NCBI GenBank assembly: GCA_023213395.1
Contig: CM041465.1
Coordinates: 184,643,741 to 184,707,740, forward strand
Reading direction: 5' to 3'
Length of the DNA: 64,000 nt
From: Cycas panzhihuaensis
Taxonomy: Eukaryota; Plantae; Cycadophyta
Position 1 is the stretch's first letter. Each line of letters starts with the position of its first letter. This document shows positions 12,975 through 27,400 of this stretch, in pieces. The translations under genes and the position numbers were made by a program. The notes beneath the pieces are model-generated. The model was not told the origin of the DNA, made no database searches, and saw only the letters and a list, made by a program, of their open reading frames with translations.

Positions 12975-15900
12975 TTTCTCCCTCATAATGCCCATTTGGG
13001 AAGACTCCAAGTTTATCTCTAAATTTGATAAACCTTATTTTATGAAGTGACTTTGTGAATATGTCTGCCACTTATTCTTCAGTGCTACAATAAACTAGTT
13101 CTAGTTCATCTTACTATACCAACTTTCTAATGAAATGATGTTGTGTTTCAATATTCTTTGTCTTGCTATAAAATACTATATTCCTAGTTATCTAAATAAT
13201 TCTTTGATTATCAAAAAATAATTGAGTGGGTGTAACCTATTCTTCTTATAAATCCTAAGGTAATCTTCTAAGCTAAACTATTTTACATGCTCCTACTACG
13301 ACTACTTTGTACTCTACTTTTACAGTAGATAAATATACCATTGCTACTAAACCCAAACTAAATATATAACCTAAGTTAGGTTTCCTATCATCTACATAAC
13401 CTACCTAGTCTAAGACTATATATCTAACTAACCTATAATCCTCTCATGACTTATAATATAATCTATATCTAATAGTACCTTTAATATACTTAAGAATTCT
13501 CTTGGCTACTTACTAATATTTTATCCTAGGCTCATGCATAAATCTAGAAACTATAATAACTACACACATGATTTTTGGTTGAGTTAAAGTCAAGTAAATT
13601 AGGCTCCTAATCAATTGCTTATAAAGTGTAAGGTCAACTGATGATGATTCCCAAACTTAGATAATTTTAACCTAGCCTTTGCTAGTATTACAAGTGGCTT
13701 ACAACTACTCATATTAAACTTGTGTAATAAATCTAATATGTATTTCCTTTGGGAGATAAATATCCTCTTTTCATATTACCATACTTTAATACTTAAGAAG
13801 TAATGTATAAGTCCCAAGTCTGTTATCTCAAATTTCTTGCATATATCCTTTTAAAATTTTTAGGACAAGTGATCACTATTACTAGTATATACTAGGTTAT
13901 TAACATATAAGCCTATAATTACTATTGAGATTTCTTCTAATTTGATATATAAATGGGGATATGATTATCTTTTTTAGAATATTTTATCTTTAAAATATTT
14001 ATCAATCCTAGAGTACCAAGTTCTAAGTGCTTGCTTGAGTCCATACAAGGCCTTTTTGAGTTTTTATGAAGGAAATAAAATCATGGAGAACAGGGTAGAA
14101 CATAAAAGAGATAATCAACACATCAATAGATCATTGTTGCATAGTAGCATAAACACAATAGCTTGTATATTCAATCCATGTTTATATAAGAGAGTTATAA
14201 ATGTCCAATATTGAAGGCAGTGTTTAAAGACACCAGAGTCGCACACCTCTCAAATTAATAGTTTAGAGGAGGAGGGAAACTCATCAACATCAAATAATAA
14301 TAAAATAATCATAACTTAACTCAAAGTAAACTTAACTCAAATTAACTAAACTTACCTTATATTTACCTATACATGTTGAGCACCCACATGTGTAAATTGA
14401 TGAAGATGAGGTGTACACTCCTGGTTGGAAGGTGGGAGTGGAGTGATGACTATTAATTCCAACATTCTCCCCATTAATGGTCATCATAAACAATGTCTTT
14501 TCTTTAAACTTATGAAATTTGTACTTAAAAAAAACTTTTAAAATCTATCTTTTAACTTGATTTTTATCAACTTGCTTCAACCTTCTAGTAACATGTGTCA
14601 CTCTATCATGAAATGGTGCAAAAAATCTGTAAGTGAATGTAGCTACAAAAAATTTGTAAGTAAATGAAGCTTGATTTATACAAAGATAAATAGTTGCCAC
14701 TTTGACTTTGTCAACTAGAATATTAAGAAAACTTTGAACTTGAACTTTGTTTTTTGAAAACTTTGTATTATGAACAACTGTCAAATCATCATAACTTTCC
14801 TCTATCATATCATAAGATTCATTCTTCCCCTCAAATGGAGGATCAGATTCTTGTGTAACAAGATGATTATGTATTTGATTAGAATCTTCCTTGGTCTTGT
14901 CATTACGAATCACCTGTTCTGGCACCTATCTCATATGCTCAACAAAATTAATGTCAAATACATTGAGGGTATATCCCCTATAAGTAGAAATCAAAACATC
15001 TTATACAGATTTAGAAGTTGTTAATTCACATACTTTAGAAAATACATTATCATCAATAATGCAAAATAATATCCTTAAGACTTCATTATCCTTTCTAAAG
15101 TTTTCTTTAATACTAAGATCACATTCATATTGTAAATATTTTTAAAGATCATGTGTAATGAAATAATCTTTTATAGTTTTATGCCATAGTGAAAAATTAT
15201 GCCCATTGAATATAGGAAATTATGCAATTTTATCAAGAAAAACTTTAGTACATAAAATGTATGCTTTTACCAAATCAAGAAGGTCAATAAATACAACCTT
15301 TTAATGCAATAAATCCTTTGCCTTGATAATAATATATAATGCTGAAATTGAAATGTATATAAGTATTTTTACTTTAAAATATAAAGAATATGAAGAAACT
15401 TTTAAATAAAATGAATTGTACATGTTTTAGTTGTAGGTCCACTTGGCTTGTCACTTATTTAAAATCACTTTTTGTTATAAATTAGCTTAAAAAAAGCTTA
15501 TATAAAAGTAAAATATGAACTTTAAATATATAGTACAAGTGATCAATGAGAAATACAATAAAGAACTCCTTAAAAGGAAGGTTTAGAAGACAAGCTTAAG
15601 TTTGGCATCTTCAAAGTTATACTAAATGATGCCAGAATAACATGAAACTTCACCAGTATAAATATTAATGAAATATGAATTCAATGGAACTGACCGTTTT
15701 GAAAACAGGTTCCTATATGTCAAGATTTGAATGAACCAAAGATACAATCATCTTTTTAAGGTATAACATGAGTAGGGAGCTCAAAACAGTATAAACAATG
15801 CTAATAAAACTTTATATAATTATGTAAAATGATCAAATATATCTTAGAGAGATGCTTGATATCTTTTTAATTGAAAATTTTAAGAAATACTATATACAAA

Positions 15901-18274
15901 ATGTGTAATAATAGTAGGTTAGAGGATATTAAGTACCTCAATTTTGATGCTTTTGAAAATCAGTAAAAACACTTTAAAATATATTAAAAACTATGTCATT
16001 TCGAAGAGGAGTGAGTCAGCTTCCCAACAAAACTAACAGAACTAAATTCTAACGTAAAACAGAAAAGTTATAATAAAAATAATAACAAGTACTTTTATGG
16101 TAAAATGTTCAAAAACTACTAAAATGCTACTTTTGGTGATTAAAATAATGATAAAAATAAATCCTAAAAAATAAAATAAATGGTTGGTAATGAAGTTTAT
16201 TGATAGAAGATAACCGTAGAATAGATCCACGTAGAAAATAATCTTCCAGTAATAAAATGTAATCTAATAAAAAATGATTTTTGTGAAAATAGTTTAAAAA
16301 GGCTCTAAAACTGAATGTCTGACTTTGAACTGGTTGAAAATAGGTCAAATCAGCACCAAATTGGTTATATAACTAGTTGAAATCAGTCTACAAAAAATTC
16401 CTGATGCAATGGGACTAGTTTCATCTAAAACTGATGACCCAGTGAGAAGTTATGGCAACAATTTGCCAATTATCCTATATAAAGTGAAAAAAAAAAAGAG
16501 AAAGAAACAAAGTTTATAAACATTGTTGGCCCCTTTAATGATGAGTTCAGGTCACGTGAGGGCTATAGGTGACTAGGGGCTAAGACTTAATTGGGGCTAA
16601 TGATTTTAAAACCTGGATTTCAAAGTTTATAAAATAAAATAAGATTTTAAAACTTTATATATAAAAAATTAAAAAAAATTAAAAATAAAATTTAAATTTG
16701 GGCGGTCGTCGCCGCCTGCGCGCACACCTGCAAGCTAAATAGAGATAAAAAATTGGCTCAAATAATCAATTTTCATACGAAAAGATGCAGATAGCATACT
16801 GCTAGATCTCTAAACGGATCAGGATTGTAAGATTAAAAAAAAAATTGATTAAAAAATAGAAAACTGCCACTGCACTCTGCAATAGTGCTGTCACTATCCC
16901 TTTTCTCTGTGTCTGTTGGGACTAACCGATACCAACGATAATGGCGTGGCTTTGGTAATGGAGAGTCTGATCATAGATGAGAATCAGAGAAGAGGCAATG
17001 TCTTCAATCCAGGGAAGAGGTAGCATCTGTATACCGAGCCAACCCCAAATCAATCTAAAAGGTTTTGTTATGCTCAAAGATAGTCTACCATCAGTGCAGG
17101 CTAACTCCAACATCCCCTTGAGATGGATAAGTAGGGAATGGATTTCAAATGCCTGTATTTAACCCAGTATATGTTCAGTATTTGCAGAGAACATAGAATA
17201 TGTCCCACGATGTCCCACAGACAGTGCCAAAGAGTCAGAAGAGTCAGATGTCATGGGATTGCAGAGATGGTTGGCTCTATTGATTTCACCAGGAATGTAG
17301 ACTACTGGAAATAAGACAAATGAAATGGTCGATTACCTGTGAATTGGGTTATCGTAAAGGACATTCTAAATGCTCAGGCTACAGTTTCAAATCCAACTTT
17401 TAATTAGCCTTCATTCGAACCAAGGTTCAATCTTGATATAGGCAACCCTCATAATCCAACTTGCTTTATATTTGCAACTATGAGGCAAGATCAATAAATA
17501 GCAAACAACACTTTGGGTAGTATGATAGAAACTTCAATGGATAATAATATGGATAGCACTTGATCTTTATGTAAAACTTAAAAAGTTTGTATGTTCTAAT
17601 GTTATTTAATATCATCCACCCTGTTAGGAACTAGCTGATTCAGGAGAAGAAGGGCATTGATACTCAATGTGGGAAGTATTTACTATACACTTAGGATTGT
17701 TAATAGCTTTTGCTTTAGAGTCTAAGGAGTTTGTGCTTAATTGCACATATAGAGAAACTCGGTTGGAAATGCAAACAGTGTGAATATTGAATATGCGAAG
17801 AAGTGGATAATATTGATATGGATTATGCAAATATATCAATCAGAGATAGCGTTAACTCTTTGTGTGTTGATGTTCCAAAAAAACAGATGAATTGACCTCT
17901 TGAAGATCTAAATCAGGATGGTATATAGAAGGAAATATTTTGTATCAAAAAATGGTGTGATTTCTTTGGGAGTTTTTATATATATACCAAATAAATAAAA
18001 ATGTATATAAAAGTAGACTTGCTTATCCATTTTTTTTCTTGTTTTTTATCAACTCTTGTCAAAGCAAGTTGAGGATGTCTTGCTTTGAATATATATGCCA
18101 GATCTTGTAAACATATTGATGAAGATAAATCAATAAAATAAGAAGTATATATATTTGTATCCAAAAAAAAAATTCCAATTTATTTTTATGAGTTTATCCC
18201 AAAATAAGGAAAGATGACAAAAGTGTATTAAAGAAATATTTCAAATATGTTAGAACAGATGTATCACAAAACTA

Positions 18275-18383
<109 letters not shown>

Positions 18384-18559
18384 CTTAAATCTGAGAATAA
18401 AACTAAAAGACCTAGTAATATAGTTGTAGTTGATTTATAGCAGAATAATAGACTTTCAAAGATAAGATCTATTGTATATGCTTCTCTAGAAAGCTGAATA
18501 TGTCCCAAAATTTGTAGATTTGAAAAAAACTTAAAAATATGGTCAAATATATGATGAAA

Positions 18560-18892
18560 AATATACAGATTTGAAAGAAAACTTAAATAAATATTGCAGA
18601 TCTGAAATAAGTATAACAGATCTAAAGTAAATATTATAGATCTGGAATAAAATATAATAGATCTAAAGAATATGTAACAAATCTGAAGAAACTCTGAATA
18701 AATATTACTGATTTAAAGTAAATATGATAGATCTGTATCCAATATTACAGATCTGAAACAAATATACTAAAAAATGTTGAAATAATTAATGAAATAAACA
18801 GATCTAAAAAATATATACCAGATCTAAACAAAATATAGCAAAAAATAGTGAAATACTTGATAAAATAAGAAGATCTAAAAATATATGGTAGA
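18560..18892. repeat. Degenerate ~20-bp AGATCT-core tandem array, left half (continues at 24124-24460 after the Copia insertion)
   Basis: Repeated AAATATTACAGATCTGAAAT-like units. The ~70-bp higher-order unit 18821-18892 recurs at 24129-24200. Confidence 0.75.
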
Positions 18893-21800
18893 TGTTGAAA
18901 AACCAGAGCAAAAATTGACAGAGGAAAGAATGTACAGTATTCTATTGAGATTCAATTTGCTTAAGTATACAAGAGTTATATGATGGTTACAACCACTAAT
19001 GTAACCGATCACTTAGATTCTGCCAAGTGGCATGATCTCATAAGAACATTTAAGGGTGGGTCTAACATGACCCCCTTTTCTAGCCTAGATAAAACATTAT
19101 ATCTCAACACCCCCTCTTAATGTTTTATCTCTAAAAGTCCAATCTTGTCTCTCAAATATCTGAGTCTTTCTCTCCCAAGAGGTTTTGTCAGAAGATCTGT
19201 AACTTGTTCAGATGTCGGACAGTATTCCAAGTCTATCTCTTTGTTCTGCACTTTTTCTCTTATAAAGTGATGATGAACTTCAATATGTTTTGTTCTTGCA
19301 TGCGATTAGATTTTTGGTCACTTGATGGCACTTTGGTTGTCACATTTTAGAGAAGTTGCTTCTTTGTTGATTCAAATCAAGTAAGAGTTGTCTTAACTAG
19401 ATGGCTTCACGGAGTTCTTGATGTGGTCGCTTTATATTCTACTTTTGTAGAGGAGAGAGCCACGTTGCTTGTTTCTTCTTGCACCATGAGATTCTTGAAG
19501 CTCTAAGAAAACAAAATCCACTTGTGGATTTCCTTTGTTCTTTGTCGCACCTTGATCGAATCATGATACCTGTTATTTTGATTGGATGTCCCTTGAATAT
19601 ACTAATTTGAGATCTGTTGTTCCTTTGAGATATCTCGAATTCTTTTGCGTCTTGCTAGTGTCTCGACTTTGGATTACGCATATATCTTGATATTAGTCCC
19701 ACCGAGTAGGATATGTCGCCCGTGGTGTCAGGATAAATTAGACTTCCAATCATTTGCACATGCAGGTAACATCGGCATCTTTTCCATACTATCTCTGTTA
19801 GATCACAATTTGTTTCCATGGGGTGGTGCATGGATTGCAATTCTCCATCCGAATCGAACAAGCGATTTTGATGTAGTTACTTTGGGACAAAGTTATGTAG
19901 TTTTGGTGTTGACCTATCTCCAGTCCCAAGTAATATTTTAGTGAACCCAAGTCTGTCATTTCAAATTTTTGCTGAAGTTGACTTTTGATCCACTTGATTC
20001 CTTCTACATCATTCCCAGTAAGAAGCATATCATCTACATAAACAACAATTATTGTTATCTTGTTGTTTGTTTTCCTTATGTACAGACTGGAGTTTGAGTT
20101 ACACCGAATAAACTTATTTTCTTCAAGAAAGTGATCTAGTTTTGCATACCAGGCACACGGCGTTTGTTTTAGACCATACAAGGCCTTTTTCAATTTGCAG
20201 ACTAGATTTTCTTTTCCCTGTTCTGCATATCCATCTGGTTGTTGCATATAAACCTCTTCTTCTAGTTCACCGTTTAGGAAGGCACTCTTTACATCCATCT
20301 GAGAGATTCCCCAACCTTGGGTAGCAAAGGCTATTCTTCATCCTTCTTGTGTTCATCTTAGCTCGGAGAGAAAGTCTCATCAAAATCTATGCCCATGATT
20401 TGGGTGTATCCCTTTGCAACTAACCTTGCTTTGTGTTTCTCAATTTTACCATCGACTCCTCTCTTTGTTTTGTAGACCCATTTGTAGTTCACAGTGGATT
20501 TGTTAGCAGTTAGTTCCACTAATTCCCATGTTTGATTCTTCTTGATTGAATTTATTTCATTGTCCATTGCTTCTCTCCATTCTGGATGATCTTTTGCTTC
20601 TTCAAAATTCTGTGGTTCAACCTTGCTCAAAAGGGCTTTTGACCTTTGCCCTCGGGTTTTCTGTTCTAATATATTTCCTTCTTCAACAGTTTTGATATAC
20701 CATTTTGGCAATTTCTTTTGTTTCTATGGACCTTCCTTTTCGACTTGTTTCGACAAAGTTGATGATGATGGACCTTCCTTTTCGATGGTGTCTCCCTGAC
20801 CGGTTGATGAATCAGCTTGTCCTTCTTCAGAAGTGATTTCTAAATCATTTCCTTTTTCAGTTTCTTGATCTTCTGAAGTAATTTCAACGATTTTCTTGCT
20901 CATCTTCTTGCATTACTCTGTGTTTGGCAGTTTCTTGTTCCTTTTCATTTTCTATTACATTAATTTGTGAAGATTCATCTGAACTATCTTCATTAAAGAT
21001 GACATCTCTACTTACATAGATTCTCTTTGTTTTTGGATCTATGCACTTATATGCCTTTGAATTTTTACTGTATCCTATCAAGACACATTCTATGCTTTTT
21101 GCATCTAATTTCGACCTTCTTTTATCAGGAACATGCATAAATGCTTGACTACCAAATACTTTGAGAAGACTTACATCAGGTTTTTGTCCTGTCCAAGCTT
21201 CTTCTGGAGTGATGTTCTTCAATGTTCTGGTTGGACTTCTGTTTATCAAATAGCATGCTGTGCTGACTACTTCTGCCCAATATGTCTTGGATATTTTTGT
21301 TCCATACATCATGCTTCGAGCCATTTCCATCAGAGTTCTATTCTTTCTTTCAGCTATTCCATTTGACTGAGGAGTATAAGGAGTTGTAACTTATCTATGA
21401 ATTCCTCTGTATTTGCAGTAATTTAGAAACTCGTTTGACAAATATTCACCTCCTCCATCTGACCTGATGCATTTGATTTTCATTCCTGATTCTAACTCAA
21501 CTTCCGCCTTAAATTCTTTAAATGTTTCAAAGACTTCTGACTTATTATGTAAAAAGTATACCCATACCTTTCGAGTGAAGTCATCAATGAAAGTTAAAAA
21601 GTATCTGCATCCATTAATTGACAGAGGTGAAATTGGACCACAGATTTCTGTGTGTATCCATTCTAATTTGGACTGAGATTTCCAAGTGCTTTCCATAAAA
21701 GGAAGTCTATGCTGTTTCCCAAGTTGACAACCTTTACAAACGAATGTATCTGAGGAAATATTAGGCAAACCATTTACCATTTCTGACTTTTCCATCTGTT

Positions 21801-24123
21801 TAAGTGTGTCAATTGAGAGATGTCTGTACCTTAAATGCTATACTTTATTATTAGATTTAAGAGCAGTACAAGCTTTTTCTTCCAAGTAAGGAAGTACAGG
21901 GTTTGACAAAAGTTTGTAAAGGTTATTACATTTGACCCCTTTTCCAAAAATCTTCCCATCTTTTTTCATGTCCAAAATGTGGCAATTCCCTTCTTCATCA
22001 AAAATGGTTCTCAACCCCTTTTTGCTTAGTTGAGAGATAGAGAGAAGATTCATCTTCAGATCTGGTACAAATAGAACATTTCCAATTTTTCTTTCATTTC
22101 CATTCAGGTTTACTGAAATGGTTCCAATCCCTTTTATGTTAAGGGAATACTTGTCACCCAGCTCTACTGATTTATCCATATTGTATGGATTCATGGTTTG
22201 AAACCATTCGTCCTGACTTGTCATGTGTTTAGAGGCTCCTGAGTCTATGTATCATATGTCTTTGTCTTTCATTCCCAGTAACCGATCTTTGTGATGAAGG
22301 CCGTTTCCTCTTCTTCTTCTTCTTCTTCATCCTTTTCTTTGCTGTATCCACCAATAGGTCGTTTTCCTTTATAAATTTCACTTCTTCTTTGTGGACACTG
22401 ATATGGGTAGTGTCCACTTTGTCTGCAGTAGCAGCATATGTCGAAGATTCTGTAATTACTGGCGAAATGTCTAGTTCGTCCACAGTTGTAATATATTTTA
22501 TTTTCTCTGCTGCGTCCTTGCCCTCTGGAGTTTGACCAGCGTCCTCGTCCTCTGGAATCTGGCATTTTGTTTGGTCCTCAAAATTGTTGTCTTCCTCTTG
22601 GCCTGAGATTCAGTCTGGATGCAAATGCATCCTCTAATTCTGTTATGTTTTTGTATATTTTGTTTCTTTGTTCCTGTCTCAGCAGCAGACCTGTCAATTC
22701 ATCAAGTGTTAATTTGTCTAGCCTATCACTATCAATGATGGTGTTGACAATTGTATCAAATGACTTGGGCAGTCTTGCCGTTACAATTTCTACAAGGTCT
22801 TGTTCGGATATTATGCCTCCAGCACTCAAGAGATTATTTCTCACAGTGATAATTTTATGCATGAAATCTTCTACTTCTTCATTTTCCTTCATGTGAAGTT
22901 TATACAGCTCCTCCTTGAGTGCAATTATTCTTGCCTTGTTCTTTTGCCTGTATAAATTTTCCAGACATTTCCAGATTTCAAAAGCCTGATTCAGTTTTTT
23001 GACATAAATGAGAACAGAATCTGAAATAGACATTTTTAAAATGAGACTACCCATGTTGTTCCTTTCAATCCAACTTCCCAACTTATCATCACCAGTGGGT
23101 GGATGTTTCTCTGTCCCTTCAGTGATTTCCCAGGCATTTTTCATCCTCAGAATGGTTTCCATTTTAATTTTCCACACATGGTAATTTGAACCAATCAATT
23201 TTTCTGGTTCAGACAGAGTGATGAGAGAGGAAGACATTTTTTTTTTGGTCAAAACCTGATCCAGAGGCTCGTCTGCAAACAGATGTAATCTGTACAAAAC
23301 CCTAGTTGTACGGCCAAAAATGAAATGTACCTCAAAATGAAGGTATCTCAGGCGTCGTTCGGGATCTGAAGACGGATTTTCAAAATTCTTTCTCAAATGA
23401 GAGAAATCTGGGTTTGAATAGAAAACGATGGCTAGGGCAAATTTCAGATTTGAGAGAAAATCTGAAAATTTACTGAATTAAATCATTCGAAACGAGTTAC
23501 AAACTTGAAGTACTGTCACTACAGAAGATTTATGACAGATTTTACCCGATTTAGAGTGCAAATCGATGAGATTTCTGAGAAAATCTCTTGAAAAACATGC
23601 GGACTGGTTCGGGGGCGTTTTGGCTTGCAAAACGATCTCAGATGGACTCGCTCCAGTAGAAAAATATGCTCAGCATCTTCAGATCTACCTCTCCATAAAA
23701 TTTTGCTTCGATCTGAGTACTTTGAAATTTTTCTGTCTGCAATTCCAGACAGTCCGTAAAATGCAGGTCAAGAAATCTGTGATCTTTAACTTCCAAAGAA
23801 TTACCTACTACTTTTATCTCTTTTTGCACTCTTGACTGAGATGATTTGATAGAAGAAATTCACCAGAAGAAGAGGAATCAGATTAAACGGGCATGCTCTG
23901 ATACCATGTTGAAAAACTAGAGCAAAAATTGACAGAGGAAAGAATGTACAGTATTCTATTAAGATTCAATTTGCTTAAGTATACAAGAGTTATGTGATGG
24001 TTACAACCACTAATGTAACCGATCACTCAGATTCTGCCAAGTGGCATGATCTCATAAGAACATTTAAGGGTGGGTCTAACATGACCCCATTTTCTAGCCT
24101 AGATAAAACATTATATCTCAACA
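18893..24123 (-). mobile_element. Young full-length Ty1/Copia retrotransposon (5231 bp)
   Basis: 217-bp LTRs at 18893-19109 and 23907-24123 (TGTTG...CAACA, 5 mismatches). TSD GTAGA at 18888-18892 and 24124-24128. Met PBS TGGTATCAGAGC at 23895-23906. PPT TTAAGAGGGGG at 19110-19120. Domain order gag-PR-IN-RT-RH. Confidence 0.97.
19110..23237 (-). pseudogene. Copia gag-pol polyprotein with stops and frameshifts as assembled
   Basis: Gag (KLIGSNYHVWKIKMETIL; UBN2-like), zinc knuckles (CCYCRQSGHYPYQC), protease (IDSGASKHMT), GAG-pre-integrase (CKGCQLGKQHRLPF), integrase (FIDDFTRKVWVYFL; IRSDGGGEY), RT (MDVKSAFLNGEL; KLKKALYGLKQ; YVDDML), RNase H (TKHIEVHHHFIREKV; QVTDLLTKPL). Confidence 0.95.
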
Positions 24124-24460
24124 GTAGATCTAAAGAATATTTAGCAGAAAATGGTGAAATACTTGATAAAATAAGCAGATCTAAAAATATATGGTAGATC
24201 TAAAGAATATTTAGTAGATCTGAAGTAAAATATAGCAGATCTGAAGTAAACTATAGCAAATCTTAAGGAAAACTTGAATAAATATTGTATGCAGCTGAAA
24301 TCTTACGTAGATCTAAGAAAATATTAGATAAATAGATAGAACTATGTCTAAAAAATGCCAAATATATGATAAAATATGTGGATCTTAAAAATATATAGCA
24401 GATATAAAAAGAACTTTGAATAAATATCACTTGTAGCTAAACTCCTACACATATCTGAGA
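24124..24460. repeat. Degenerate AGATCT-core tandem array, right half
   Basis: Same unit as 18560-18892, joined across the TSD GTAGA. Confidence 0.75.
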
Positions 24461-27400
24461 AAATATTAGATAAAAGGATGACATATGCTTGAAAAATATC
24501 AAATATATAATAAAAATATATAAAATCTATTGATAAAAACTCTTATAGTGTGATAAAAGCTTGATATTTGCTATTTTTCAGCTGTGCACCTGCATAAATC
24601 TGGAAAAAAACTGAAATATCTTTGTTATTTCATAAATATAACTCAAGAATAATCAAATTTGATAAAAAAATATAAGAAACTATTGATAAAATTTTTAGAA
24701 AATGAATATAACCAATATTTCTTATTGACTTGAGTAAATCTACTTCAAATGCTAATAAATCTTGTTGCTCTTCACAAATACTTCAATAGGAGATGCAATA
24801 GCTTAATAAAATCTCTGCTCTAATACCAAATGAAGGAAATAAAATAATGGAGAACAGGGCAGAACATAAAAGAGATAATCAATACATCAATAGATCATTG
24901 TTACATAGTAGCATAAATACAATAACTTGTATATTTAATCAATGTTTATAGAAGAGACTTACAAATATCCAATATTGAAGGTGATGTCTAAAGACACCAA
25001 GGTTGCACACCCCTCAAATTATATAGTTTGGGAGAGGAGGGAAACTCCTCAACCCCTAAAATTTAAATAACAATAAAATAATCATAACTTAACTCAAAGT
25101 AAACTTAACTCAAATTAACTAAACTTACTTTATATTTACCTACACATGTTGAGCACCCACATGTGTAAATTGATGAAGATGAGGTGTGCACTCCTGGTTG
25201 GAAGGTGGGAGTGGAGTGATGACTATTAACTCCAACATTTTAGACCTTGTCTTATTTTCTTTTCACTTCAAACCCCTTAGATTGTTAGACATAAATTTTT
25301 TCTTTTATATAGTCATTCAAGAAAGCACTTTTTAAATCTATTTGATGTACTATCTAACCTTGTTATGTAACTAAGACCATGATTAACCTAACTATTTCTA
25401 ACCATATAACGTGTAAATATCTCATTGTAATATATGCCTTCAATTTGAGCTTAGCCCTTTGCAACAAACCTTGCCTTATTTATATTAATAGTTCCATTTG
25501 ATTTATACTTGGTCTTATAGACCCATTTCATCATAAAGGCATTCTTGCTAGGTGGTAGATCTACTAACTCCCATGTGTCATTTTTTGGTAAGGTATTATA
25601 CTCCTCTTTTATTACTTTCTTCCATTCATCTTGATTATTTGCCTCTACAAAGTTATAAGGTTCATTAGACTCCATAACCTAAGTCATATGTGTAAAATTT
25701 ACCCTTTGAGATCTTATAATCCTTCTCTCAAAGTTGGTGTTTAAGATATTTTGAAGGCTATGAGCCATTTGTACCCATCTTGGGACCCTTTGATTGGAAG
25801 TAGAAGGTCCTACTTTATTCGTATTAGGTACTTCTGTACCTTTAGAGTTTGATTCCACCTCAATCATGATATTTTTCCCTTATCTTTTTCAATAACTTTT
25901 TTTTTATAATATTCATCTTCCTTGAATATGACATCCCAACTTATAATAATCGTTTTTTAAATTTTAGATCATAAATTTTATAGAATATAGAAGAGTCATT
26001 ATATCCTATAAAGATATATTTCATGCTCTTGTCATTCAACTTTATCCTCCTTTGATATGGGATATATGCATAAGCTATGCATCCAAAAATTTTTAAGTGT
26101 TTGATGCTTGGCTTATAACCTATCTAAGCTTCTTCTGGTGTAACTCATCTAACTACTTTGGTGGTATACTTGTTCAATAAATAAACAACTATATGTATAG
26201 CTTTTGTGTAATATTCATTTCCGAGATGCTTGTCCTTAAAGCATACTTCTCATCATTTTAACAATTGTCCTATTATTTCTTTTAACAACCCTATTTTATT
26301 GAGGGGTGTAAGGATTTATGAGTTATTTCTATATTCCAAATTATCTATAGTAATCATTAAATTTATTTGAAATTAATTCTCCCACATTGTTTGATCTTAA
26401 GACTAAAATTCTAAGTCTACTTTGCCTTTTAACCATGCTTTTAAAATCAATAAAGCATTATAGTGCATTTAACTTAAATTTGAGAAACTAGACCCAAATC
26501 ATCCTTATGAAATCATCAATAAATATCATGAAGTACTTAGATCTTCTAAGTTAGGCCACATCCATTTGATCATATAAGTCTATGCATACTAATTAAAGGG
26601 GCCCATTGGCTCTATAACTTTCATTAGGGAATCCTTTCCTTTGTTGTTTCTCAAGTATGCATCCATCACATAATTCTTTATTATATTTAATATTAGAAAG
26701 TCAAATCACTATGTCTATTTTCTTCATTAAGTTCAAACTATTGTAGTTCATATGGTCATGTCTTTTATGTCATATTTCATTATCTTCATCTATTGAAGCC
26801 TTTAAGGCGTAATAATCTATTGGAAGAATGACTAGTTTAAACAATCGATCACTAGTCATTTATCCTTTAGCCACTATTGCTTTATTTCCTAGTTTATCTT
26901 TAATGGTGTATTTTCCATCATCAAAGATTATCTTATACTTTTGCTCCATCATTTATCCCACTGATAGTAAATTTTTCTTAAGAGTTGGGATATGAAGCAC
27001 ATCATTTATACATTTTGTTTCTCTAAAATCTGTTTGTATGGAGATATTCCTTTTACCAACTACATATTGAGTAGTGTTATCATTGAACATAATCTTACTT
27101 ATTCTAGTGTTATCTATTTCCTTAAACCACTCTTCTCTATATGTCATATGTGTAGAATAACCTGAATCTATATGCTAACTACCTTTTTCCTTATTTATTA
27201 TCAAACTTAAAAGAAATAATCTTTGATCTTGCCTTTTTTTAATAACTATATTAGTAGTCCCTCTTTGTAAATTAGATCTTTTTATAAAGTAACTTTCTTC
27301 CAATGTCTATTTCTATGGCAATAGGAACATTTGATTGTTCCTTTACCTTTAGGACTTCTTTCTCTTTGTCTTTGATTTCTACCCTTAGGACATTAATCTC

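Noticed and set aside
18560-18892. Short regularly spaced repeats as a possible CRISPR array
   Set aside because: Degenerate contiguous units with no unique spacers, no cas genes, and a plant retroelement context
23566-24197. ORFs in the Copia leader and LTR
   Set aside because: Antisense or LTR-spanning frames with no protein features
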